From: Terriglobia bacterium | GTDB lineage: Bacteria > Acidobacteriota > Terriglobia > 20CM-2-55-15 | Assembly (NCBI GenBank): GCA_965218585.1 | Contig: CBDCLE010000003.1 | Coordinates: 286,125-350,124, forward strand | DNA: 64,000 nucleotides | Direction: 5' to 3' | The notes under the pieces: model-generated | Told to the model about the DNA's origin: nothing | Seen by the model: only the letters and a program-made list of their open reading frames with translations | Databases searched by the model: none | Shown: positions 10,276 through 21,298 of the stretch, one piece after another | Layout: every line of letters starts with the position of its first letter | Numbering within the stretch: position 1 is the first letter of the stretch | Program-made: the position numbers and the translations under genes

Positions 10276-10779
10276 ATGGAAATCATCCTGAGAGAAGCAA
10301 TAGAGAACCTCGGCCATCCGGGCGACGTCGTGACCGTAAAATCCGGATATGCACGGAACTATCTGCTCCCGCGCAAGCTGGCCTACATGGCCACACCCGG
10401 CAATCTCAAGATCATCGAGCAGGAACGGAACAACTTGCTGCGCCACGAAGCCAAACAGAGGGAAGAAGCGGAGAAGCTTCGCGAGATGATGGGCGAGGTG
10501 GAAATCAGCGTGAAGCGAAAGGTTGGTGAACAGGAAGTGCTGTACGGTTCGGTCACCACCAGCGACATCGCCGAGGAACTCGAGAAGAAGGGCTTCAAGG
10601 TGGACAAGCGGAAGATCGGCATCGATGAACACATTAAGCAATTGGGTGAGTTCACCATTCCGATACGACTGTTCACCGACGTCATCGCAGAAGTTAAGCT
10701 CCGCGTGGAAGCCGAAGAGGGAGAAGCCGCCCCCCCACCCGTCGAATCCCAAGCCGAACCCGAGAACGCACCCGAGTAA
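10276..10779 (+). CDS. rplI: 50S ribosomal protein L9
   Basis: VTVKSGYARNYLLP, LYGSVT. Confidence 0.97.
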   Translation: MEIILREAIENLGHPGDVVTVKSGYARNYLLPRKLAYMATPGNLKIIEQERNNLLRHEAKQREEAEKLREMMGEVEISVKRKVGEQEVLYGSVTTSDIAEELEKKGFKVDKRKIGIDEHIKQLGEFTIPIRLFTDVIAEVKLRVEAEEGEAAPPPVESQAEPENAPE

Positions 10780-10906
10780 ATCCCCTGCTCGGGAGGTCGG
10801 ATCCTCAGCCCTGGAAAATCCAGAACCCGTAAGTCCTTTACTTTAGGACGCGCTGGAATTTCGTCTTGTCCTTCGTTTTCCGCGACCGTATTCTTCTTCG
10901 GCAACG

Positions 10907-12244
10907 ATGGCTCGCGAAACACTAGAACGTCCGCTCCCCCACAACGTTGATGCCGAGAAGTCGGTCCTCGGCGCCATTCTCGTCAACAACGAGAACTACT
11001 ACACCGTCGTTGAGAGCCTGAAGCAGGATGATTTCTACCTTGAGGCTCACCGTATTACATTCCGAAAAATGTCCGAGATTGTGAACGAATCGAAGGCCGT
11101 CGATCTGATTACGCTTCAGGATCGGCTGGATCGGGATTCACTGCTGGACTCAGCGGGGGGGATCGCCTATCTGGCCAGCTTGATGGACGGCATTCCGCAT
11201 CTGGTCAATATCGAACATTACGTCCAGATCATCAGAGAGAAATCGCTGTTCCGTCAGATGATCCACTCGACGAATCGCACTATGGTCGAGTGCTTCGATC
11301 AGTCTGAATCGGCCGAGGAGGTCCTGGACAGGGCAGAGCAAGCGTTGTTCGAGTTGTCCGAGAAGAGAATCCAGAGCGGTCTGGTCTCGGTCAAGGATCT
11401 CGAGTCTGAAGCGCACCAGATGTTGGAAAGGCTCTACACCGAGCGGGAGATGATTACCGGTGTAGCGACCGGTTTCAATGACTTCGATCGGATGACGTCG
11501 GGACTCCAGCCGGCAGACCTGGTCATCATTGCGGCCCGCCCCTCAATGGGCAAGACTGCGCTCTCTTTGAATATCGCCCAGCACGTTGCCCTGCGGAAGG
11601 GCGAACCCGTTGGGATTTTCAGCCTGGAAATGTCCAAGACCCAACTGTTGATGAGGGTTCTCTGTGCCGAAGCAATGGTCGACGCCCACCGGGTTCGGAC
11701 CGGCTACCTGTCCAAGGACGATTTCGGCAAGTTGATCGATTCTCTGGGCCAGATCGCCAATTCGCCCATCTTCATTGACGATTCTTCATCGCTGACCATA
11801 ATGCAGATGCGAGCCAAAGCGAGGCGACTGAAGGCCGAACACGGCCTCGGACTCGTCATCGTGGATTACCTCCAACTGATGTCCGGGTTTGGCCGTTCCG
11901 AGAATCGCACGCAGGAGATTTCCGGGATTTCGCGTGGGTTGAAAGCGCTGGCGAAGGAACTGGACGTGCCGGTCGTCGCCTTGTCGCAGCTGAGCCGGGC
12001 ACCGGAACAGAGAACCGGGTCCGATCACAGACCGCAGCTTTCGGACCTGAGGGAATCCGGTTCGATCGAACAGGATGCCGACCTAGTCGCCTTTATCTAC
12101 CGGGAAGAGCTTTACAAACCGAACGATGAGAATGCCGGCCTGGCTGAATTGATCATAGCCAAACAACGCAACGGGCCCACCGGCACGCTCAGACTTGCGT
12201 TTCAGAAGCAGTACACCCGATTCCAGACCCTCCTGGACATGTAG
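10907..12244 (+). CDS. dnaB: Replicative DNA helicase
   Basis: AARPSMGKT, DYLQLM, SDLRESGSIEQDAD, KQRNGPTG. Normal length, no intein. Confidence 0.98.
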   Translation: MARETLERPLPHNVDAEKSVLGAILVNNENYYTVVESLKQDDFYLEAHRITFRKMSEIVNESKAVDLITLQDRLDRDSLLDSAGGIAYLASLMDGIPHLVNIEHYVQIIREKSLFRQMIHSTNRTMVECFDQSESAEEVLDRAEQALFELSEKRIQSGLVSVKDLESEAHQMLERLYTEREMITGVATGFNDFDRMTSGLQPADLVIIAARPSMGKTALSLNIAQHVALRKGEPVGIFSLEMSKTQLLMRVLCAEAMVDAHRVRTGYLSKDDFGKLIDSLGQIANSPIFIDDSSSLTIMQMRAKARRLKAEHGLGLVIVDYLQLMSGFGRSENRTQEISGISRGLKALAKELDVPVVALSQLSRAPEQRTGSDHRPQLSDLRESGSIEQDADLVAFIYREELYKPNDENAGLAELIIAKQRNGPTGTLRLAFQKQYTRFQTLLDM

Positions 12245-12284
12245 TCTATGTTTTGCCCTTGGGTAAGGTTGCGGGCAGAAGTTT

Positions 12285-12359
12285 TTCAACACGAAGACAC
12301 GACGGTCACGGAGAAATATATTCTTAAATCCTTCGTTTACTTCGTGTCTTCGTGTTGAA
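12285..12359. repeat. 18-bp perfect inverted repeat with internal ~9-nt periodicity
   Basis: ttcaacacgaagacacga (12285-12302) is the reverse complement of tcgtgtcttcgtgttgaa (12342-12359). Confidence 0.85.
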
Positions 12360-12386
12360 GTTCTGCATGTTCCCTGAGCCTTATCG

Positions 12387-13757
12387 ATGAAACAGCGGAC
12401 ACAGTTCTTCTGCCAGCAGTGTGGGCACATGTCACCCAAGTGGATCGGCCGTTGTCCCACCTGCGAAGAGTGGAACAGTTTCGTGGAAGAGAGCGTCGGC
12501 TCCTCCTCACCTTCCCGAGTCTCCCTGACCACAGAAGCCGCCCCAGTCCGCCTCGACTCCATTGAAGGGTCCGAGGTGGCTCGCACGCCAACGGGTATCC
12601 CCGAATTTGATCGGGTTCTTGGGGGCGGCCTGGTTCCTGGTGCCCTGGTGTTGCTGGGGGGTGATCCTGGAGTGGGCAAATCGACACTCATGCTTGACGT
12701 AGCGGCCCACCTTTCGACGCGATATCCGATTCTTTATGCTTCGGGCGAAGAATCACCCCGCCAGATCAAGCTTCGGGGAGAGAGAACCCGAGTCGAAGGA
12801 GGCGACCTGCTCATATACGCAGAGATGAACGTCGAACGTATTCTCTCCAAGGCGGAAGAAGTGGGCGCGGCAGTGGTCATCGTGGATTCGATACAGACCA
12901 CGTTCAGCGAAAAACTTGATATGGCACCTGGAAGCATCGGCCAAGTGCGCGAGGTAGCCTCCCAGTTCCTCGTTTGGACCAAGCAGCATCAGGTGCCCGC
13001 CTTTTTAATCGGACACATCACCAAAGACGGTGCTCTGGCGGGGCCCAAAGCCCTCGAGCACATCGTGGACACCGTGTTGTATTTTGAAGGTCCCCGTCAG
13101 CATCCTCACCGCATCGTGCGCACGATAAAGAATCGGTTCGGCGCAGCGAACGAGTTGGGAATTTTCGAGATGACAGCTTCTGGCCTCGAAGCCGTCGCAT
13201 CTCCCGGAGGCCTGTTTCTTTCGCAGCGGGATACACCGGATTCGGGATCGGCCGTTGTCTGCTCGGTCGAAGGGACGCGGCCTCTGTTGGTTGAGTTGCA
13301 GGCGCTGGTTTCCAAAACTCACCTGGGGACACCGCGCCGATTTACAACAGGAGTCGATCCTCAAAGACTGGCGCTTATAGCTGCAGTCATCGAGAAGCGA
13401 CTGGGGATCCACCTCTGGGATCAGGACATCTACCTCAACGTTGTTGGAGGTCTCCAGATCGATGAGCCAGCCGCCGATCTCGGAATCGCGGCCGCCATTC
13501 TCTCCAGCTTCCTGAATCGTGCGGTGCCTCCCTCGACGCTGATGTTCGGGGAGATCGGACTGGGCGGTGAGGTCCGGTCGTGCCTGCATCCCGGAATGCG
13601 GATCAAAGAAGCAGCTAGCCTGGGATTCCGTCGTGGGATTTTGCCTGCACAGACGGTTTCAGAAGTGCCTTCTGATTTTGAGACCGTATCGGTCGCCAAT
13701 CTGAACGAAGCCGTTGACGTACTGTTCGGACCGGTGGCGTCCGGACCCTCCGACTAG
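12387..13757 (+). CDS. radA: DNA repair protein RadA/Sms
   Basis: CQQC...CPTC zinc finger, GDPGVGKS, KNRFG. Confidence 0.97.
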   Translation: MKQRTQFFCQQCGHMSPKWIGRCPTCEEWNSFVEESVGSSSPSRVSLTTEAAPVRLDSIEGSEVARTPTGIPEFDRVLGGGLVPGALVLLGGDPGVGKSTLMLDVAAHLSTRYPILYASGEESPRQIKLRGERTRVEGGDLLIYAEMNVERILSKAEEVGAAVVIVDSIQTTFSEKLDMAPGSIGQVREVASQFLVWTKQHQVPAFLIGHITKDGALAGPKALEHIVDTVLYFEGPRQHPHRIVRTIKNRFGAANELGIFEMTASGLEAVASPGGLFLSQRDTPDSGSAVVCSVEGTRPLLVELQALVSKTHLGTPRRFTTGVDPQRLALIAAVIEKRLGIHLWDQDIYLNVVGGLQIDEPAADLGIAAAILSSFLNRAVPPSTLMFGEIGLGGEVRSCLHPGMRIKEAASLGFRRGILPAQTVSEVPSDFETVSVANLNEAVDVLFGPVASGPSD

Positions 13758-13911
13758 ACCGAGCAATTCCCCTGGACTGTGGGGGTTGTTGCCGCTTCAG
13801 CATCCCGAATGGGCTCCGATATGAGTGATACAGGTCATTCGGGTATGCCGTATAATCCAAACTGGTTATGTCTACCCTTTTTGATCATTTTCATAAAAGG
13901 TTGGGTGTCTG

Positions 13912-15051
13912 ATGAAACGAACAGAGGAACCGTCGCCTTTCTCCGTGGAATCATCCCTGCGGAGCAAAGAAGAGAACTTTCTGATCGACATCGTCGTCGT
14001 CCGCGTGATTTTCGCTCTGACCCTAACGGTGGCCGCTTATTTCATAAGTCCGTTTGGGCTTGTGGGTGTAAACGCAGTTCTACTCGGCCTGGCTAGCGCA
14101 CTCGGTATCATCTTTTTCGAACATCGCGTTAGACGCGCGTCACTTAAACGTTTGATTGGAGCGGCTGTAGGCTCGATCCTCGGCATCGTTGGGGCAAGCA
14201 TGATCGGCGGTCTGCTTACGGACACGGCATTCGATCCAAGTTCTCTGTCTTACATCAAAATCTTTGTTCTCTTCCTGATGGTCTATGTGGGTCTGGTCGT
14301 TGGGGCGAACAAGGGCGATCTGCTAAATCTTGCCGCGCTTGGTGGGATCTTCGGTAGTGATCGTCCTCCGAAGGAGGACTACAAGATCCTCGATACGAGC
14401 GTGATCATTGACGGAAGAATCGCCGACATCTGCGAGACTGGATTTCTGGACGGCATCCTGGTCATCCCCCATTTCGTTCTGAGGGAACTGCAGCAGGTGG
14501 CCGACTCAGCTGACGGCCTTAAGCGTAATCGTGGCCGGAGGGGACTGGACATCCTGCAGCGCGTTCAAAAGATGTCCGGTATTAAAGTCCAGCTTGTCGA
14601 AAACGATTATCCGCAGGTTCGTGAGGTCGACATGAAGCTGATCGAACTGGCCCAGGAGATCGACGCCAAGATCGTCACAAACGATTTCAACCTCAACAAG
14701 GTGGCTCAACTCCGTGGCGTCGAAGTACTGAACATCAATGAACTGGCCAATGCCCTGAAGCCGGTCTACTTACCGGGTGAGATCATGAAGGTGTTTATCC
14801 TGAAGGAAGGCAAGGAGTTCAATCAGGGCATCGCCTACCTCGACGATGGAACGATGGTCGTCGTGGACAACGCCCGCAAGATGATCGGAAAGACAGTCGA
14901 CTCTTCGGTGACGAGCGTTCTGCAAACTACAGCCGGCAAGATGATTTTTGGCCGTTACGAAGAAAAGCGCGATCCGCATTCTTCACGTGACGACAAGGGA
15001 GGTCGGGACCGATCCGATCGACCTGAAAAACAGGGCGTGCCCGCAAAATAA
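13912..15051 (+). CDS. Membrane PIN/TRAM domain protein (YacL-like)
   Basis: 4 TM segments, KILDTSVIIDGRIAD, TNDFNLNKVA, YLDDGTMVVV. Confidence 0.93.
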   Translation: MKRTEEPSPFSVESSLRSKEENFLIDIVVVRVIFALTLTVAAYFISPFGLVGVNAVLLGLASALGIIFFEHRVRRASLKRLIGAAVGSILGIVGASMIGGLLTDTAFDPSSLSYIKIFVLFLMVYVGLVVGANKGDLLNLAALGGIFGSDRPPKEDYKILDTSVIIDGRIADICETGFLDGILVIPHFVLRELQQVADSADGLKRNRGRRGLDILQRVQKMSGIKVQLVENDYPQVREVDMKLIELAQEIDAKIVTNDFNLNKVAQLRGVEVLNINELANALKPVYLPGEIMKVFILKEGKEFNQGIAYLDDGTMVVVDNARKMIGKTVDSSVTSVLQTTAGKMIFGRYEEKRDPHSSRDDKGGRDRSDRPEKQGVPAK

Positions 15052-15065
15052 CAATAAGTTGGAAT

Positions 15066-15219
15066 GGGGACGGTGGGCCCATGCTTAAGAATGCAAGCCA
15101 CAATGCCGAACGGGCATGGGGTACCGGACCAGCGTCCGAGTTCCCGAAGAGTAGAGGTTAGAAACAATGAGGGTGCACTCTGAGTGTTGGAGGAGAGGGG
15201 GACGGTGGGCCCCATGCTA
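15066..15219. repeat. Dispersed repeat family 2 (ggacggtgggcc(c)catgct), two direct copies plus a degenerate piece
   Basis: Copies at 15066-15087 and 15197-15219. Reverse complement at 48994-49012; degenerate copy at 49642-49663. Confidence 0.8.
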
Positions 15220-15224
15220 ATAAG

Positions 15225-15920
15225 ATGAAAGTAGGAGCGATTATAGCGGCCGCTGGGGCAGGCCGCCGAATGAAAGCCGACAAGCCAAAGCAGTTCCTGG
15301 CTCTGGAAGACGTTCCGATTTTAGTTTTGACACTCCGCAAGTTCGACGCGTCTCCTCTGATCGACCACATTGTCATCGCCTCACCTCGCGAGTCCGTGGA
15401 TGATGTGCGGCAGATGGTCGCCGAAGCTGGGCTTACAAAGCCCGTCACAGCCATCGAAGGTGGCGAGCGACGGCAAGACTCGGTCGCGAGCGCAATGGAA
15501 CATCTGGCTCCGGGTACCGATATGGTGGCTGTTCACGATGGAGTACGGCCGTTTGTGAGCCTGGAGGAAATCGAACAAGTGATTGAAGAGGCGTCGAAAG
15601 GCGGAGCGGCTATTCTCGCGATTCCAATTACAGATACGGTAAAGGAAGTTGAAGGCGACTCAGTGAAGTCCACCCTACGTAGAGAAAATCTTGTCCTGGT
15701 ACAGACGCCGCAGGTGTTTCAGGCCAAGGTCCTCCAGGAAGCTTTTGACAGCGCCCGCCGCGACGGCTACTACGGTACGGATGAGGCGAGCCTGGTGGAA
15801 CGTTCCGGTCACTCCGTGTTTCTGGTTCGAGGTTCGGAGCGAAACATCAAGATCACGCGACCCAGCGATCTATCACTAGCCAGATTCCTTCTCGAAGAAG
15901 AGAGGGCGTTGGCTCGGTGA
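15225..15920 (+). CDS. ispD: 2-C-methyl-D-erythritol 4-phosphate cytidylyltransferase
   Basis: AAGAGRRM, GGERRQDSV, VHDGVRP, QTPQ, NIKIT. Confidence 0.97.
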   Translation: MKVGAIIAAAGAGRRMKADKPKQFLALEDVPILVLTLRKFDASPLIDHIVIASPRESVDDVRQMVAEAGLTKPVTAIEGGERRQDSVASAMEHLAPGTDMVAVHDGVRPFVSLEEIEQVIEEASKGGAAILAIPITDTVKEVEGDSVKSTLRRENLVLVQTPQVFQAKVLQEAFDSARRDGYYGTDEASLVERSGHSVFLVRGSERNIKITRPSDLSLARFLLEEERALAR

Positions 15921-16396
15921 AGGTTCGGATAGGTATTGGTTTCGACATTCATCGTCTCGCGCCCGGTAGAAAGCTCACGCTTGGGGGAATCGAAATCCCA
16001 CACGACAAGGGCCTGGTAGGCCATTCTGACGGCGACGTATTGCTTCATGCAATTACCGATGCGCTGTTGGGGGCATGTGGGCTGGGCAACATCGGTGAGA
16101 AGTTTTCGGAGACCGACGACCGCTACCTCGGGATAGCCAGCTATGTTCTTCTTGAAGATACGGTTCAGTTGATCCGTGACAAGGGCTATTCGATTGGCAA
16201 CATCGATTCCAACGTTTTGGCCGAACGTCCCCACCTGCAGGGTTTCCTTCCGTCCATGGAAGCCCGTATCTCAAGTGTGTTGGGTGTATCCACAGACGAC
16301 GTTCAGGTAAAGGCCAAGACGATGGAGAGGCTGGGTCCGATAGGAGAGGGAGAAGCCATTGCGGCCCAGGCGATTGCCCTGGTCACAGTCGAGTGA
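15917..16396 (+). CDS. ispF: 2-C-methyl-D-erythritol 2,4-cyclodiphosphate synthase
   Basis: GIGFDIHRL, GHSDGDVLLHA. Confidence 0.97.
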   Translation: MKVRIGIGFDIHRLAPGRKLTLGGIEIPHDKGLVGHSDGDVLLHAITDALLGACGLGNIGEKFSETDDRYLGIASYVLLEDTVQLIRDKGYSIGNIDSNVLAERPHLQGFLPSMEARISSVLGVSTDDVQVKAKTMERLGPIGEGEAIAAQAIALVTVE

Positions 16397-16397
16397 C

Positions 16398-17879
16398 ATG
16401 AAGGACGCCGGTGACACCCTAAGGGTCAGATACGCACCCAGCCCGACTGGGTTGTTGCATGTCGGGAACCTCCGGACCGGATTGTTCGCCTGGCTCTTTA
16501 CTCGTCAGCGAGGCGGTGCGTTCGTATTGAGAATCGAAGACACCGACCAGGCCCGATCTGAAAAGCGCTACGAGCAGTTGATCTACGACGATCTCGGATG
16601 GTTCGGGATGGATTGGGATGAAGGCCCGGATGTCGGGGGCGAACATGGGCCGTACCGTCAGTCGGAACGATCAGAAATATACACCGAACATGCATCTGGG
16701 CTCGTTACCTCAGGGGGTGCGTTTCGATGCTTCTGTTCCGAGGCAGAGCTCGCCGTGCAATCGGAGGCAGCCAGGGCCAAGGGCTCTTCCTGGACGTATC
16801 CGGGAAAATGCCGGCGGCTGACCCCCGAGGTCGTGAATTCAAAGGTCAAAGCCGGTGAGGATTTTGTCGTGCGGCTCAGTGTCCGTGAGGGGATGGTTCG
16901 TTTCGAGGACATAGTGCATGGCGAGATGCAATTCTCGACCGAAGTCATCAGCGACCCCATCCTGCTGCGATCTGATGGAACGCCTACTTACAACTATGCT
17001 GTGGTCGTCGATGATGCACTCATGCAAATTTCACACGTCATTCGGGGAGATGACCACCTTTCGAACACACCCAAGCAGATCCTGATCTATGAAGCCCTGG
17101 GACACGCCGTGCCGCAGTTCGCGCACCTGTCCACGATACTGGGGCCGGACCAGACCCGTTTGAGCAAGCGTCACGGAGCGACCTCAGTGTCCGAGTTTCG
17201 GGAGGCCGGCTACCTGCCCGAGGCCCTGATGAACTACGTCGCGCTGTTGGGCTGGTCTCCGGGTGCGGAAGGAAGTGAAGTCGTTCCACCTGAGACTCTC
17301 GTTCGGGAATTCCGTCTCGAGAAGGTGAACAAGCACCCCGCCATCTTTGATTTCGGCAAGCTGAACTTCATAAACCGCCAGTATTTGCGTGAGAGCCCGA
17401 AGACAGCCTCACTTGTCCGGGCTGCCCTGGATGGAGCTGGATGGATGCCTGCGGACGGAGCGGACGAATGGGTTCAGATGGTCAGTGAGACTCTGCTTGG
17501 CGGAATCGACGTTGTTTCCGAGATGCCGTCTGCCCTTGAAGGTGTACTTGCCTTTCCCGTTGACGGTTCTGAAGTCGTTCGAGAGGCCCTGGAAGAGGAA
17601 GGCGTGCGGGATCTAGTCCGCGCTTTTGGCGAGGAACTTCAGGGCTACGATCATCTGACCTTCGATGATTTTCGTTCGATCGTCACTTCGCTTAAGAAGG
17701 CCACGGGAAGAAAAGGCCGTGCTCTGTTCCATCCCCTTCGTGTTGCCCTGACAGCGCGCGATTCAGGGCCGGAGTTGGACAAGCTGATTCCATTGGTGGA
17801 GACAGGGGCTAGATTGGGAGTCCGGGACATCATCGATTGCCGGGCTCGAGTCGAAGCTTTCCTTTCAAGAAACGCTTAA
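16398..17879 (+). CDS. gltX: Glutamate--tRNA ligase
   Basis: RYAPSPTG, HVGN, LRIEDTD, IRGDDH, RLSKR. ATG at 16398 right after the ispF stop. Confidence 0.96.
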   Translation: MKDAGDTLRVRYAPSPTGLLHVGNLRTGLFAWLFTRQRGGAFVLRIEDTDQARSEKRYEQLIYDDLGWFGMDWDEGPDVGGEHGPYRQSERSEIYTEHASGLVTSGGAFRCFCSEAELAVQSEAARAKGSSWTYPGKCRRLTPEVVNSKVKAGEDFVVRLSVREGMVRFEDIVHGEMQFSTEVISDPILLRSDGTPTYNYAVVVDDALMQISHVIRGDDHLSNTPKQILIYEALGHAVPQFAHLSTILGPDQTRLSKRHGATSVSEFREAGYLPEALMNYVALLGWSPGAEGSEVVPPETLVREFRLEKVNKHPAIFDFGKLNFINRQYLRESPKTASLVRAALDGAGWMPADGADEWVQMVSETLLGGIDVVSEMPSALEGVLAFPVDGSEVVREALEEEGVRDLVRAFGEELQGYDHLTFDDFRSIVTSLKKATGRKGRALFHPLRVALTARDSGPELDKLIPLVETGARLGVRDIIDCRARVEAFLSRNA

Positions 17880-17933
17880 CGCCTCACGCGGAAATTACCG
17901 AACCGTCAAGCACCAGAGACCGAGAGTTCAATC

Positions 17934-18704
17934 ATGGAACAGGATACGGACGGCGAAATCATTGTTGGTGTCCATCCCGTGTACGAGGCCCTGTCCTCCG
18001 CCCAGCGTCCCATACAGAGATTGCATATAGGCAGGGGCTCCACGCCGGAAAAGGTGCGCCAGATCGTAGAGATCGCCAATGCGCGGGACATACCGATACG
18101 CCGCGAGAGTCGAGAGGCGTTGGACCGTGTGGCGCGGAACAACCCCCATCAAGGCGTCGTAGCCGTTGTGGGTGCGCGCTCCTGGGTTCCCCTGGAGCAG
18201 GTTCTCGAGTTCGAGAACCCTCTGATTGTCGTCCTCGACGGTGTCCAGGATCCTCAGAATCTTGGAGCCGTAATCCGGACCGCGGAAACGGCAAACGCTT
18301 CTGGTCTCGTTGTGACCGAGAGACGGAGTGCGGGTTTGACCGCTGCGGTTTCCCGGGCTTCCGCGGGTGCGCTGGAACACCTGCCCATCGCAAAGGCATC
18401 TAATCTGGTTACGGCCATTAAAGTAATGAAAGACAAGGGGATATGGGTAGTAGGGGTTGCCCCTGATGCGCCCGTCTTGTGGACCGAGTTCGACTATACG
18501 GTGCCCGTAGCACTGGTTCTGGGGGGCGAGCACCGTGGAATTCGCCGCCTCGTACGAGAGAACTGCGACGCCGAGGTCCGGATTCCGATGCAAGGGAAAA
18601 TCGACTCTCTCAACGTTTCTGTGGCTGCCGGAGTGGTTCTGTATGAAGTCGTTCGCCAGAGGTTGCTAAAGCATGGGACACAAAAGAGTTCCCACCCCAA
18701 GTGA
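17934..18704 (+). CDS. rlmB: 23S rRNA G2251 2'-O-methyltransferase (TrmH/SpoU family)
   Basis: HQGVVA, DPQNLGAVIRTA, SLNVSVAAG. Confidence 0.92.
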   Translation: MEQDTDGEIIVGVHPVYEALSSAQRPIQRLHIGRGSTPEKVRQIVEIANARDIPIRRESREALDRVARNNPHQGVVAVVGARSWVPLEQVLEFENPLIVVLDGVQDPQNLGAVIRTAETANASGLVVTERRSAGLTAAVSRASAGALEHLPIAKASNLVTAIKVMKDKGIWVVGVAPDAPVLWTEFDYTVPVALVLGGEHRGIRRLVRENCDAEVRIPMQGKIDSLNVSVAAGVVLYEVVRQRLLKHGTQKSSHPK

Positions 18705-18708
18705 ATGA

Positions 18709-18737
18709 TTGAATCGCGATTTTTCCTGTGATAAATT
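18709..18737 (+). promoter_or_regulatory. Putative sigma70 promoter for the tRNA-tuf cluster
   Basis: TTGAAT-17 nt-TAAATT with TGn extension, 15 nt upstream of tRNA-Thr. Confidence 0.6.
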
Positions 18738-18752
18738 TAGAAGTTTGTCGCC

Positions 18753-18825
18753 GCTGGCGTAGCTCAGTTGGTAGAGCAGCTGATTTGTAATCAGCAGGTC
18801 GGGGGTTCGACTCCCTTCGCCAGCT
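18753..18825 (+). tRNA. tRNA-Thr (TGT)
   Basis: Cloverleaf; anticodon arm ctgat-ttgtaat-cag region; acceptor gctggcg/cgccagc. Confidence 0.97.
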
Positions 18826-18884
18826 CATTTCAGCAGGTTCGGCCCGAGACCGAGAGCGTCGTTCAGGGTGATCCGTTGCGGTAG

Positions 18885-18970
18885 GGACAGGTGGCGGAGT
18901 GGTTAAACGCACCAGACTGTAAATCTGGCGCTCCTTGCGGGCTACGGAGGTTCGAATCCTCCCCTGTCCA
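18885..18970 (+). tRNA. tRNA-Tyr (GTA)
   Basis: ccaga-ctgtaaa-tctgg anticodon arm; long variable arm. Confidence 0.97.
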
Positions 18971-19123
18971 TTGCGGGACTATTGCAGCTCCGACGAGCGT
19001 CGCTGTATTGGTTGCAGGGACCATCGCAGCTCCGCAAGCGTCGCTGTTTTGATTGCGGCAACCTTTGCAGCTCCAACAAGTGTCGCTGTGTTGGCGCATT
19101 TCCGGCGAGCGTTGCTGAATTGG
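18971..19123 (+). repeat. Degenerate ~41-bp tandem repeat (3 full copies + 1 partial)
   Basis: Units start at 18971, 19012, 19053 and 19095; core gcagctcc...agygtcgctgt. Confidence 0.85.
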
Positions 19124-19156
19124 TCGGGCGCAGTGAGGGTGTGATTGGACCTATAG

Positions 19157-19232
<76 letters not shown>

Positions 19233-19291
19233 TAACGGAGTGACGACGGCAGAGCCGCAGCGATGCGGTTGGAACTTGACCAACACGACGA

Positions 19292-19354
19292 CACTTGTGG
19301 AGTGGTAATGGTCACTTGTGGAGTGGCAATGGTCACTTGCGGAGCTGCGATGGT
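19292..19354 (+). repeat. 21-bp tandem repeat x3, reverse complement of the upstream repeat core
   Basis: cacttgtggagtggtaatggt / cacttgtggagtggcaatggt / cacttgcggagctgcgatggt. Confidence 0.9.
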
Positions 19355-19356
19355 CG

Positions 19357-19428
19357 GCGGGAGTAACTCAGCGGTAGAGTCACGGCCTTCCAAGCCGTTG
19401 GTCGCGGGTTCGAATCCCGTCTCCCGCT
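19357..19428 (+). tRNA. tRNA-Gly (TCC)
   Basis: cggc-cttccaa-gccg anticodon arm; acceptor gcgggag/ctcccgc. Confidence 0.97.
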
Positions 19429-19497
19429 CCTTAGAGAACTGTTAGCTGTTGGCTAACGTCACAAGAAGAGAAAGCGAACAGAGAGAGGGCAGGCGCA

Positions 19498-20685
<1,188 letters not shown>

Positions 20686-20721
20686 AAAAAGGATTAGGAT
20701 CGGTCTCCGAACGGCAAAAAG

Positions 20722-20871
20722 ATGAGAGATATCATTACTTTACAGTGTACGGACTGCAAGGAACGGAACTACTCGAACACAAAAAACAAGAAGAAACACA
20801 CGGATCGTCTGGAAACCAAGAAGTATTGTCCACGGTGCCGGCATCACACCGTTCACCGCGAGACGAAGTAG
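20722..20871 (+). CDS. rpmG: 50S ribosomal protein L33 (Zn-binding form)
   Basis: Manual translation, 49 aa: [17 protein letters not shown]...[17 protein letters not shown]. Below the ORF-track cutoff. Confidence 0.96.
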   Translation: MRDIITLQCTDCKERNYSNTKNKKKHTDRLETKKYCPRCRHHTVHRETK

Positions 20872-20913
20872 GCGTAATCTGTTACAATCACTTGATTTGG
20901 CTTTTCCAGATGC

Positions 20914-20987
20914 AGGCCAGTAGCTCTAACTGGCAGAGCGCCGGTCTCCAAAACCGGATGCTGGGGGTTCGAATCCCTCCTGGCCTG
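20914..20987 (+). tRNA. tRNA-Trp (CCA)
   Basis: ccggt-ctccaaa-accgg anticodon arm; usual rpmG-trpT-secE position. Confidence 0.96.
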
Positions 20988-21060
20988 CCTATAGACAGCG
21001 AAGGCCGCAGAGTAACATTTGTAGCGGGACCCCAGAGGCTACGACGATTTCACTAATTTT

Positions 21061-21294
21061 ATGAACCCGGCTGAGAAAGTTAAAGACTGGTCCCAACGGA
21101 GCACCCAATTCTACGGCGATGTCCGTGGTGAGATGAAGAAAGTCTCCTGGCCGGGCAGGGATGAAATCATAGGCACGACTGTTGTCGTAATTATTGCCGT
21201 TTTCTTTTTTGGTGTGTATCTGGGCCTGGTCGATTATGTCCTGGGCTTGGGGCTTAACCGCGTTCTGGCCTATTTCGGAAGCGGAGGTTCGTAG
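21061..21294 (+). CDS. secE: Preprotein translocase subunit SecE
   Basis: EMKKVSWP motif plus one TM segment. Confidence 0.95.
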   Translation: MNPAEKVKDWSQRSTQFYGDVRGEMKKVSWPGRDEIIGTTVVVIIAVFFFGVYLGLVDYVLGLGLNRVLAYFGSGGS

Positions 21295-21298
21295 TTCC

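Noticed and set aside
10907-12244. Intein in DnaB or RNAP subunits
   Set aside because: Lengths are normal and there are no splice-junction motifs. The RpoB insert is too short and Cys-rich to be an intein.
13762-13905. Riboswitch upstream of the yacL-like gene
   Set aside because: Several hairpins and a TATAAT are present, but no known aptamer consensus. A terminator plus promoter explains it adequately.
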